A DNA stretch of 15,535 bases from positions 1-15,535 of the IMG/VR virus record IMGVR_UViG_2634166457_000017; one strand, 5' to 3'. How positions within the stretch are numbered: position 1 is the first letter of the stretch; every line of letters starts with the position of its first letter. Source of the stretch: a virus. Its lineage: Duplodnaviria > Heunggongvirae > Uroviricota > Caudoviricetes. A program made the translations under genes and the position numbers. The notes under the pieces are model-generated. The model was not told where the DNA came from and did no database searches. It was given only the letters and a program-made list of their open reading frames with translations. Shown one piece after another: positions 7,644-15,535 of this stretch.

Positions 7644-8789
7644 ATGAAGAAATTAATCGAACTCCGCCAGCAAAAAACCGCCCTGAAAAACCAGATGCGC
7701 TCCCTGCTGGAAAAAGCAGACAGTGAAAACCGCAGCCTGAACGATGACGAGGGCAAACAGTTTGATGAACTGCGTGCAAAAGCTGATTCCCTCGACACAG
7801 AAATCTCCCGTCTTGAAGCTGTTGCGGATGAAGAACGTAACCAGCCAGGTGTTTCCGTCGAAGAGAAAATCACCAAAGACGAATTGCGCTCTTATATTCT
7901 GACCGGGGAAACCCGCAACCTGTCCGGCAGTGTCCCGGCTGATGGTGGTTATACGGTTATCCCGGAACTGAACAGAGAAATTATGCGTCAGCTTTCTGAT
8001 GAATCGGTGATGCGTAAAATCTGTACCGTTAAAACCATTCACAGCAATGAATTTAAGCAACTGGTTTCTACCGGGGGGGCGGTCGTTGAACACGGCGAAG
8101 AAGGTGCGGCACGTAACCAGACGGCAACACCAAAACTGAATGAAGTCAGTATCCGCCTGTATCCGATTTACGCTTACCCGAAAACCACTCAGGAAATTAT
8201 CGATTTTTCCGAAGTCGATATTATGAGCTGGTTATCTTCTGAAATTGGCGACACTTTCGTTGATACCGAAGAAACGGATCTGGTTTCCGGTGACGGCGAG
8301 AAAAAAGCTAAAGGCTTCCTGGCTTTCCCGCGCACTGCGGACAATGACAAAACCCGTCCTTTCGGTACGCTCCAGACGAAAAAAGTTACTGGCAGTCTCA
8401 GCGCCGACATGCTGATTGACCTGAAATTTACGCTACGCAATAAGTACCGCAAAAAAGCTGTATGGGTGATGAACTCAAATACAGCCGCCTCCGCACAAAA
8501 ACTGAAAAATGCCACTGGTGATTACATCTGGCGCGATCGTTTACAGGCTGGTGATCCTGATTCTCTGCTGGGGCTTCCGGTTGAATATCTGGAATTTATG
8601 CCGGACGGTGTGATTGCAGTAGGTGACTTTAAGCGCGGTTATTTCATCGTTGACCATGAAACCGGTACGCGAACCCGTCCGGACTTCAGCGAACCCGGAT
8701 TCATTAACATCTATACCCAGAAATATCTGGGCGGTGGTGTGGTGGATTCGAACGCCATCAAGATTCTGGAAATTCAGGCTGGCAAGTAA
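7644..8789 (+). CDS. Major capsid protein, HK97 family (with N-terminal delta/scaffold-like coiled coil)
   Basis: 381-aa ORF; N-terminal charged coiled-coil segment typical of the HK97 gp5 delta domain; gene context capsid-protease-portal. Confidence 0.85.
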   Translation: MKKLIELRQQKTALKNQMRSLLEKADSENRSLNDDEGKQFDELRAKADSLDTEISRLEAVADEERNQPGVSVEEKITKDELRSYILTGETRNLSGSVPADGGYTVIPELNREIMRQLSDESVMRKICTVKTIHSNEFKQLVSTGGAVVEHGEEGAARNQTATPKLNEVSIRLYPIYAYPKTTQEIIDFSEVDIMSWLSSEIGDTFVDTEETDLVSGDGEKKAKGFLAFPRTADNDKTRPFGTLQTKKVTGSLSADMLIDLKFTLRNKYRKKAVWVMNSNTAASAQKLKNATGDYIWRDRLQAGDPDSLLGLPVEYLEFMPDGVIAVGDFKRGYFIVDHETGTRTRPDFSEPGFINIYTQKYLGGGVVDSNAIKILEIQAGK

Positions 8790-8795
8790 TGAGCA

Positions 8796-8820
8796 AAGGG
8801 GGCTTCGGCCTCCTTTTTCA
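8796..8820 (+). terminator. Intrinsic terminator/attenuator after major capsid gene
   Basis: AAGGGGGC (8796-8803), TTCG loop, GCCTCCTT (8808-8815) forming an 8-bp stem with one G-U pair, then T-run. Confidence 0.5.
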
Positions 8821-8838
8821 GCTTTATGGAGTACACCG

Positions 8839-9399
8839 ATGAAAAATACCGATTTTGAAATCCGTACATCTGAACTGACCGCCAGCGATAAAAAACTGGT
8901 GGGTTATGCCGTTCGCTGGAACAGTCTTTCAGAAATTATCTGGGATGAGTTCCGCGAACAATTCACGCCGGGGGCTTTTGCTGACTATCTGGCTGCGGGT
9001 AATGATGTGCGCTGCCTGTATGAGCATGACTGTACCCGACTGCTGGGGCGTACCAAATCCGGCACACTGGTACTGACTGAGGATAACACCGGGTTACGTT
9101 TTGAACTGACACCGCCGGATACCCAGCTTGGGAAAGATGTGCTTACGCTGGTGGAGCGAGGCGACATTACAGGAATGAGCTTTGGCTTTCGCGCATTATG
9201 TGAGGAGTGGAATATCGCGCAAAAACCGTATCTGCGTACTGTTACCGCCGCAGAACTCAGGGAAATCACGATAACGTCGATGCCTGCTTACCCCGAATCT
9301 GGTGTGGAGATTGCCCACCGTTCGTTGTTTGCACAGCACCCTGAATTACGCCCGACAGGAAATAATCGTCATCGCTGGGCTGAACTGGCGGGGTTGTGA
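8839..9399 (+). CDS. Prohead maturation protease, HK97 family (S78-like)
   Basis: 186-aa product from ATG 8839 (GGAG SD); N-terminal LVGYAVRWNSLSE...FTPGAF typical of HK97 prohead protease. The ORF-track extension to 8623 overlaps the capsid gene and is not used. Confidence 0.8.
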   Translation: MKNTDFEIRTSELTASDKKLVGYAVRWNSLSEIIWDEFREQFTPGAFADYLAAGNDVRCLYEHDCTRLLGRTKSGTLVLTEDNTGLRFELTPPDTQLGKDVLTLVERGDITGMSFGFRALCEEWNIAQKPYLRTVTAAELREITITSMPAYPESGVEIAHRSLFAQHPELRPTGNNRHRWAELAGL

Positions 9400-9400
9400 T

Positions 9401-10615
9401 ATGTGGTGGCCTTTTAGTCGTAAAAAAAGCGATCTGCGTAACCTGTCCATTGATGATTTTCTGGCGCTGTCCGGCGTACCGAATACCGGATCCGGAGAAT
9501 ATGTTTCTGCCGGGACGGCTGAATCATTGCCTGCAGTGATGAACGCGGTTTCTGTCATCGCTGAGGCGGTGGCCACGATGCCGTGTTATCTGTATCTGGT
9601 ACGTAATGACAAGGGCAGGGAGGCGCGGGAATGGCTGGACAGTCATCCGGTAGATATTCTGCTGAATGAGCAGCCTAATTCGTGCCAGACACCTTACCAG
9701 TTTAAACGCACAATGATGCGTCACTGCCTGCTGAACGGTAACGCCTATGCGGTTATTGAGTGGGGGCGGGACGGGCAGCCCAAATCACTTCATCCTTATG
9801 CACCGGGTTGTGTTGTACCGGAACGCACAGGCGCACACAAATACCGCTATACCATCACCGAACCCTATACAGGAACGGTGCGCACGTATTTACAGGAAGA
9901 AGTTTTGCATCTCCGCTATGCCTCGGATGATGGCTTTCTGGGGCGCTCCCCTGTCACGATTTGCCGTGAGGCGCTGGGGCTTGGCCTTGCTCAACAGCGC
10001 CACGGAGCCAGCATTATGAAAGATGGCATGATGGCGGCAGGGATTATCACGTCAGGCGAATGGCTGGACGGCGTGAAAGGTAAACAGGCATTAGATGCTC
10101 TGGAACGCTATAAGGGGGCGAAAAATGCCGGAAAAACGCCAATCCTTGAAGGGGGCATGGATTACAAGCAACTGGGGATGAGTAACCAGGATGCGGAATG
10201 GTTGGCCTCCCGTCGCTTCTCCATTGAAGACATTGCCCGTATGTTCAACGTGTCGCCGATTTTTCTTCAGGAATACAGCAACAGCACCTACAGCAATTTC
10301 AGTGAGGCAAGCCGCGCGTTTCTGACTATGACAATGCGTCCGTGGCTGGCGAACTTCGAACAGCAAATCAAGGCCGCTTTGCTGGTGGCTTCTCCCGTAC
10401 CTGGTACCCGTTATCTGGTTGAGTTTGATTCAGCCGATTTACTGCGCGCCACCCCTACCGAACGTTACGCCACGTATGAGAAAGGGATTAAGAACGGGAT
10501 CATGAATCCGAACGAAGCCCGTGAGCGTGAGGGAATGCCGCCGCGTGAAGGTGGCGACGAGTTCAGCCAGGCATGGAAGCAGACTGTGGAAATTAAAGGT
10601 GAAAAAGATGAGTGA
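9401..10615 (+). CDS. Portal protein, HK97 family
   Basis: 404-aa product from ATG 9401, 1 nt after protease stop; size and context fit an HK97-type portal. Confidence 0.8.
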   Translation: MWWPFSRKKSDLRNLSIDDFLALSGVPNTGSGEYVSAGTAESLPAVMNAVSVIAEAVATMPCYLYLVRNDKGREAREWLDSHPVDILLNEQPNSCQTPYQFKRTMMRHCLLNGNAYAVIEWGRDGQPKSLHPYAPGCVVPERTGAHKYRYTITEPYTGTVRTYLQEEVLHLRYASDDGFLGRSPVTICREALGLGLAQQRHGASIMKDGMMAAGIITSGEWLDGVKGKQALDALERYKGAKNAGKTPILEGGMDYKQLGMSNQDAEWLASRRFSIEDIARMFNVSPIFLQEYSNSTYSNFSEASRAFLTMTMRPWLANFEQQIKAALLVASPVPGTRYLVEFDSADLLRATPTERYATYEKGIKNGIMNPNEAREREGMPPREGGDEFSQAWKQTVEIKGEKDE

Positions 10616-10907
10616 AGACAAAATTACACCTGATGAAGTCAGGGCACATCTTCGCCTTGATGACTTTTCCGGAGAAGGCGAACTTCTGAAAATGTATACC
10701 GATGCGGCGCTGGAAGCCTGCCAGAAGCATATCGGGAAACGTTTTGAAGACGGGCTGGAATTTACCCCGGCAATACGTGTTGGTTGCCTGATGTACATCG
10801 CTTTCCTGTATGAGAACAGGGAAGCGGTTTCACCTGTGGAGCAGTCTGAACTGCCTATGGCTATTTCTGCGCTCTGGTCGGTTTATCGTGATGTGGGGGT
10901 GTACTGA
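10608..10907 (+). CDS. Head-tail connector protein (gp6-like)
   Basis: 99-aa product; N-terminal ITPDEVRAHLRLDDFSGEGELLKMYTDAA matches the conserved start of gp6-like head-tail connector proteins; AAAGGTGA SD; overlaps portal stop. Confidence 0.7.
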   Translation: MSEDKITPDEVRAHLRLDDFSGEGELLKMYTDAALEACQKHIGKRFEDGLEFTPAIRVGCLMYIAFLYENREAVSPVEQSELPMAISALWSVYRDVGVY

Positions 10908-11346
10908 TGCCGTGGCAACCATTAAGGCGATGCACTGAGCCGGGCTGTAATAAGCGCGTGAAGTCCGGCAAGTGTGAAGAGCACAGGCGGGCTGCATGGC
11001 GTGCAGAGGATGCCAGACGGGGACACCGCCGCGCGCGCGGGTATTCCCGACAGTGGGACAAATACCGCGCCCTGTACCTGAGCAAAAACCCGTTATGCGT
11101 GCGTTGTCTGGCTAAGGGGATTTATACGCCAGCTCTTGTGGTGGATCACATCATTCCCATCAATGGCGCGGTGATGTTCTCTTCTGGCCTGAGTGGAATC
11201 ACCAGGCATTGTGCCAGACGTGCCACAACCGTAAGACGACACGGGAAGATCCAGCCACGAAAGCGAACCGTAAGGCGGGCATGTATCGCGAGCAGGAAGA
11301 ACGGGCGGCACATCGTAACGACTGGATGTATGGCGATGATGACTGA
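10907..11346 (+). CDS. HNH endonuclease, disrupted by an apparent -1 frameshift near 11165-11172 (possible pseudogene or sequencing error)
   Basis: Frame of ORF 10907..11515 encodes CVRCLAKGIYTPALVVDHIIPING, then loses the motif; the frame shifted by one base encodes GDVLFWPEWNHQALCQTCHNRKTTRED and stops at 11344-11346. The D-H and N/H halves of the HNH motif are therefore in different frames. Confidence 0.7.
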
Positions 11347-11634
11347 ACAGGAGCAAAACAGGCTGATACGTGGACTGATAAGGCAGCGTGACTTATGGAA
11401 GACACAGGAGACAGGGCACAAAGCCAACAGGACAGGACGCACAGAACGCACCACAGCGAAGCGATTAACCGACCGTGACCGCGAGGTCATGGAATGTTTT
11501 CGCAATCGCTGGTGAAGCCGTCAGAGGGGGTGGGGGAGGTTTTCAGGACGAAACCGTCCCTGCCGGACACCGACCGCCTCCTCAAATTTTTGTGCACGGG
11601 AATTTTTTTGAAAATAATTGGGCGAAAAAAGAAC
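11347..11634. other. Candidate cos / terminase recognition region between HNH and terS
   Basis: Location between HNH and small terminase as in HK97-type phages; purine-rich direct repeats ACAGGAGACAGGGCACA (11404-11420) and ACAGGACAGGACGCACA (11427-11443); G-rich tract GAGGGGGTGGGGGAGG (11524-11539); small hairpin GGACG-AAAC-CGTCC (11546-11559). Confidence 0.3.
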
Positions 11635-11991
11635 ATGGCAAGACCACCAAAAGCCCCCGCTTACCTGGATGAAATCGCGGTCAGGCAGTGGAAGGAAAAA
11701 TCGCGCCAGCTTTCCGGGCGGGAAGACCTTACCCCCGCCGACTGGAGCAATCTGGAACTGTATTGCGTTAACTACTCCATATACCGCAAAGCCGTCGAAG
11801 ACCTTGCGACGCGCGGCTTCAGCATTGTTAACAGTCAGGGCAGCGAGAGCAGAAACCCCGCCCTGAGCGCAAAGGCTGACGCGGAAAGAATAATGATCAA
11901 AATGGCTTCTTTGCTGGGTTTTGACCCGGTAAGCCGCCGCAGAAATCCACCGGAAACAGAGGAAGAGGACGAGCTTGACCGCCTGGCATGA
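11635..11991 (+). CDS. terS: Terminase small subunit, P27 family
   Basis: Translation MARPPKAPAYLDE...LYCVNYSIYRKA...SRNPALSAKAD...LLGFDPVSRRR matches the P27-family TerS pattern. An alternative upstream start at ATG 11494 (with GAGG SD) cannot be excluded. Confidence 0.7.
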   Translation: MARPPKAPAYLDEIAVRQWKEKSRQLSGREDLTPADWSNLELYCVNYSIYRKAVEDLATRGFSIVNSQGSESRNPALSAKADAERIMIKMASLLGFDPVSRRRNPPETEEEDELDRLA

Positions 11992-13636
11992 GTACGCAGA
12001 AGGCGTAAAAAACGGCAAAATTACGGCCTGTAAACGACTGAAACAGGCCGTTAAACGGTATTTTTATGACCTTGAAAACCCCCTTTACACGTTCGATCCT
12101 GAGGTCGTGGAGCGGTTTATTGCCTTTTCCAGGGTGTGCCCGCACGTAAAAGGCGCAATGCGCGGTAGCCCCATTGAGCTGGAGCCGTGGCAGCAGTTCG
12201 CCTTTGCGTGCATCCTGGGCTTTAAGGTTAAGGCCACCGGACGGCGCAAATACACCAGCGCATTCATTGAAGTACCGCGAAAAAATGCCAAATCCACGGT
12301 CGCCGCTATCCTGGCTAACTGGTTTCTGGTTATGGAAAACGGGCAGCAGGATATTTACACCGCCGCCGTGAGTCGTGATCAGGCGCGGATCGTGTTTGAT
12401 GATGCGCGTCAGATGTGCCTTTTATCCCGACCGTTACGAAAGCGGGTAAATATTCAGGCACACAAGGTGATACACACGAAAACCAACAGCCTGTTAAAGC
12501 CACTGGCAGCAAAAGCGGCAACCATTGAAGGTACAAACCCGAGTCTTGCCATTGTGGATGAATATCACCTGCACCCTGACAACGGGGTTTATTCCGCGCT
12601 TGAACTGGGAATGGGGGCGCGTCCGGAGGGGTTATTATTTGCCATCACCACATCGGGGAGCAACGTTGTTTCAGCCTGTAAACAACACTACGACTATTGC
12701 TGCCAGATACTGGATGGTGAAGAGGTGAACGAATCCATGTTCGTGCTGATTTACGAGCTGGATGATGAAAGCGAGGTTGACGATCCGGCGATGTGGATAA
12801 AGGCGAATCCCAATATCGATGTTTCCGTCGATCGTGAAAAACTGGCCTCAACCATCCAGAAAGCGCGGGGTATTCCGTCGCAGTGGGTGGAAATGCTCAC
12901 CAAGCGATTCAATATCTGGTGTCAGGGGGCTACGCCGTGGATGGGTAACGGTGCATGGGCGGAGTGCGCCGGAATGTTCGCGGAGGCGGATTTATACGGG
13001 CAGGAGTGCTACGCGGGGCTGGACTTATCATCAACCAGCGATATTTCCAGCGTGTGCTATGCCTTTCCGGTCGGTAAAAAGATTATGCTGGTTTCCCGTC
13101 ACTATCTGCCGGAATTTCAGCTACAGAACCCTGCCAATAAAAACCGCGCCATCTATCGCCAGTGGGCAAAGGCGGGCTGGATACGCACAACACCGGGTGA
13201 CTGCATTGATTATGACCGTATCCGTGATGACATCATGGCGGATGCAGAGAATTTCAATATCAGGCTGGTGGGTTTCGATACATGGAACGCCACGCACCTG
13301 AGGACGCAGCTACAGGGCGCGGGATTTGAGGTGGAGCCGTTCCCGCAAACATACCTTCGTTTCAGTCCGGCGGCGAAATCGTTCGAAGTTTTTGTTAACC
13401 GGAAGGTGATTGTGCATCGTGGTGATCCGGTGCTGGCCTGGTCAATGAGTAATGTTGTGATGCAGAGTGACGCGAACGCCAATATCAAGCCGAACAAGAA
13501 AAAATCATCCAACAAGATAGACCCGAGCGTTGCGGCGCTGATGGCGTTTGGCACATTCCAGGCAGAGCATGAGGAATTTGCATTCGATATGAGCGACAGC
13601 CACAAAGAGCGGCTTGCGGCGTTTGATGGGGTATAA
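11975..13636 (+). CDS. terL: Terminase large subunit
   Basis: 553-aa ORF; Walker A-like VPRKNAKST and Walker B-like LAIVDEYH; TTG start with AGAGGA SD, overlapping the terS end. Confidence 0.9.
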   Translation: MTAWHEYAEGVKNGKITACKRLKQAVKRYFYDLENPLYTFDPEVVERFIAFSRVCPHVKGAMRGSPIELEPWQQFAFACILGFKVKATGRRKYTSAFIEVPRKNAKSTVAAILANWFLVMENGQQDIYTAAVSRDQARIVFDDARQMCLLSRPLRKRVNIQAHKVIHTKTNSLLKPLAAKAATIEGTNPSLAIVDEYHLHPDNGVYSALELGMGARPEGLLFAITTSGSNVVSACKQHYDYCCQILDGEEVNESMFVLIYELDDESEVDDPAMWIKANPNIDVSVDREKLASTIQKARGIPSQWVEMLTKRFNIWCQGATPWMGNGAWAECAGMFAEADLYGQECYAGLDLSSTSDISSVCYAFPVGKKIMLVSRHYLPEFQLQNPANKNRAIYRQWAKAGWIRTTPGDCIDYDRIRDDIMADAENFNIRLVGFDTWNATHLRTQLQGAGFEVEPFPQTYLRFSPAAKSFEVFVNRKVIVHRGDPVLAWSMSNVVMQSDANANIKPNKKKSSNKIDPSVAALMAFGTFQAEHEEFAFDMSDSHKERLAAFDGV

Positions 13637-13641
13637 CGAGA

Positions 13642-13926
13642 ATGAGCGAAACCGAACTACTAAAAATAATCCGCCGCATTACCGGAATCAGCCAGGAAGC
13701 AGGCAAACAGGAGGCCACGCAGCCGGACAGCGTGATAGCCGAAAATTACGCGCGTGTGGTGGCTGAGGTGATGCGCCGTGATGGTATTGAGCTTAACGGC
13801 GTGGATATGCGAGACATACGGATCCGAGTTCTTGAAATGCTGGCCTACAATCGCCGCGTGGAGATGTACCGGGAGAAAGAAAAAATTACTTACCACTGGA
13901 AGAAGCCGGAGCGGTTACGGCGGTAA
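13642..13926 (+). CDS. Hypothetical protein (possible head completion/adaptor function)
   Basis: 94-aa ORF immediately after terL; no recognisable motif. Confidence 0.45.
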   Translation: MSETELLKIIRRITGISQEAGKQEATQPDSVIAENYARVVAEVMRRDGIELNGVDMRDIRIRVLEMLAYNRRVEMYREKEKITYHWKKPERLRR

Positions 13927-13931
13927 CTTTG

Positions 13932-14204
13932 ATGACTGATAACGTAGATTTGCGTCATCATAAAAATCAATTGGTTACGATTACAGGCGGCGTTGTAGCC
14001 TGTTACGATTATCGTAATCCCTTTCTGTATGACAGGGTGGCAGGTATGGTGATTTCCGCCCCTCCTTTGCAAATTGACAACGTAGTGTGTGATGTCGAAT
14101 TAACTCCGTACGTTAAACGTACGGAGTTCCCGGCAGGCTTAGGTTCCGACGAAATTCGTCGACACCTCCCGGCAGGAACAGCGAGAATTACGTCGCTGAT
14201 GTAG
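13932..14204 (+). CDS. Hypothetical protein
   Basis: 90-aa product from ATG 13932 (ORF-track start 13929 is TTG); last ORF of the island; weak RBS. Confidence 0.4.
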   Translation: MTDNVDLRHHKNQLVTITGGVVACYDYRNPFLYDRVAGMVISAPPLQIDNVVCDVELTPYVKRTEFPAGLGSDEIRRHLPAGTARITSLM

Positions 14205-14998
14205 CCTACGAAATTTTCGCAGGTTAATTATCTATCTGCTTAATCGCTAACCCACTGATTTTTATGATGACTCAAATTTGAAGCATCTTTGTTTACGTTG
14301 ATATTGTGTCAAAGCCCTTTTTCGGGCTTTGGCCTAACCCGCTGATATTTTCGGAAACAGCCATCGACTGAGGCCGGAGTAACCGACTATCTTTGAGATA
14401 GTCAGATGTACGAAATTTGTGCGGGACTAAAAGTCCCGCGCAAATTCACTACATCACCGTAATGGTTATGCAGTCCACCAGCAACCATAACGATTTCCGT
14501 TACTGTTGATGTGCTTTTTTGCTGGTAAGGCGTAATCCGTTGATTGTTCCACAAACCTCAATTTGAGGAAGCCGGAAAACTCACCCGCCAGATTCTGAAT
14601 GGTGAAAATCACCGGGGATCTGAATAGGCATTTCCTCTATGGAGGTCGCACCGTTTTCGGGAGAAGGTGCGATCATGTTCGTCATACCGGTTCCGTTGAA
14701 ATGAAATAGCCCTGTATGGGCATCATCACCATGCAGGGGATCAAAATCTCTGTAGCTTCATGTTGCCGGGACCGCCAGCCTCGCCAAATTTTTGCGTTTG
14801 TGAAAAACGAAAATTATTACGTGCTTTGCCCTCTCCTGTTTCTGATGTTGTATACTCGCGGCCTTCTAATTGTGCTGGTGCTTTTTTGAGATTGTGGCGC
14901 TGTGTATCGATCCGTATATCATTCGGTGTATCACTTTTGATAAATTGCTACGTGTGAATTTGTTTTTAACTGACAAAAATCAGTGGGTTATGTGAATT

Positions 14999-15535
14999 AT
15001 GAAACATATTGTAGAAGTAATGATCCCCGAAGCGGAGATTAAAGCGCGTATCGCCGAACTGGGTCGTCAGATTACTGAGCGTTACAAAGACAGCGGCAGC
15101 GATATGGTGCTGGTGGGTCTGCTGCGTGGCTCATTTATGTTTATGGCGGACCTGTGTCGTGAAGTTCAGGTATCTCATGAAGTCGATTTTATGACCGCCT
15201 CCAGCTACGGTAGCGGCATGTCCACCACCCGTGATGTGAAAATCCTCAAAGATCTGGATGAAGATATCCGTGGCAAGGACGTGCTGATTGTTGAAGATAT
15301 CATCGACTCGGGGAATACACTGTCGAAAGTGCGTGAGATCTTAAGCCTGCGCGAACCGAAGTCGTTGGCGATTTGTACGCTGCTGGATAAACCGTCCCGT
15401 CGTGAAGTGAACGTCCCGGTAGAATTCATCGGTTTCTCGATCCCGGATGAGTTTGTGGTGGGTTACGGCATTGATTACGCACAGCGTTACCGTCATCTGC
15501 CGTATATCGGCAAAGTGATTCTGCTGGACGAGTAA
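14999..15535 (+). CDS. hpt: Hypoxanthine phosphoribosyltransferase
   Basis: 178-aa translation [30 protein letters not shown]...[17 protein letters not shown]...[10 protein letters not shown] is recognisably enterobacterial Hpt, including the PRPP-binding [13 protein letters not shown] motif; complete CDS ending at the window edge. Confidence 0.95.
   Translation: MKHIVEVMIPEAEIKARIAELGRQITERYKDSGSDMVLVGLLRGSFMFMADLCREVQVSHEVDFMTASSYGSGMSTTRDVKILKDLDEDIRGKDVLIVEDIIDSGNTLSKVREILSLREPKSLAICTLLDKPSRREVNVPVEFIGFSIPDEFVVGYGIDYAQRYRHLPYIGKVILLDE

Larger units (their letters stand above)
1..14204 (+). mobile_element. Integrated phage satellite / capsid-forming PICI-like island (minimal extent int through last island ORF; true right boundary lies somewhere in 14205..14998, left boundary upstream of window)
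   Basis: Co-linear + strand block: integrase, AlpA, primase/helicase, iteron ori, SSB, HK97-type capsid/protease/portal/connector/HNH/TerS/TerL; no tail or lysis genes; followed by housekeeping hpt. Architecture inferred from translations in the ORF track. Confidence 0.6.

Noticed and set aside
7653-8093. 146-aa minus-strand ORF
   Set aside because: Antisense within the major capsid gene; shadow ORF.
8623-8838. ORF-track N-terminal extension of the protease gene (similar extensions at 9302, 10521, 3591, 2344)
   Set aside because: Extensions overlap the preceding gene or regulatory sites and begin at non-ATG codons; internal ATGs with SD sequences right after the upstream stop are more plausible starts.
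10907-11515. 202-aa ORF as an intact HNH endonuclease
   Set aside because: After about residue 88 the translation is Arg-rich filler, while the conserved HNH C-terminal half is found in the -1 frame ending at 11346; treated as a frameshifted gene.
11521-12018. 165-aa minus-strand ORF
   Set aside because: Antisense to terS and the start of terL, both of which have clear family signatures.
12819-13301. 160-aa + strand ORF in an alternative frame
   Set aside because: Falls inside terL in a different frame; Arg/Trp/Ser-rich translation; not coding.
14205-14998. tRNA or tmRNA gene as integration target
   Set aside because: No cloverleaf-like arrangement or conserved T-loop motif seen; the island appears to abut hpt rather than a tRNA gene.

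Overview
This window appears to hold a roughly 14 kb integrated phage satellite next to the chromosomal hpt gene (Hpt translation looks Escherichia-like). Reading left to right on the + strand: a P4-type tyrosine integrase; an AT-rich accessory ORF of unknown function; an AlpA-family regulator; a divergently transcribed small ribbon-helix-helix repressor with a perfect palindromic operator; an early operon of small proteins ending in a P4-family primase/helicase; an iteron-rich putative origin; an SSB-like protein; then an HK97-type head and packaging module (major capsid, prohead protease, portal, gp6-like connector, HNH endonuclease, small and large terminase) and two small unknown ORFs. No tail, lysis or tRNA genes are present. 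This architecture matches what has been described as capsid-forming phage-inducible chromosomal islands (cf-PICI). The most notable points are the unrecognisable AT-rich cargo gene beside int, an apparent -1 frameshift splitting the HNH endonuclease motif, and a structured 0.8 kb non-coding junction upstream of hpt. All calls are from reading the translations and DNA by eye; no database search was possible.
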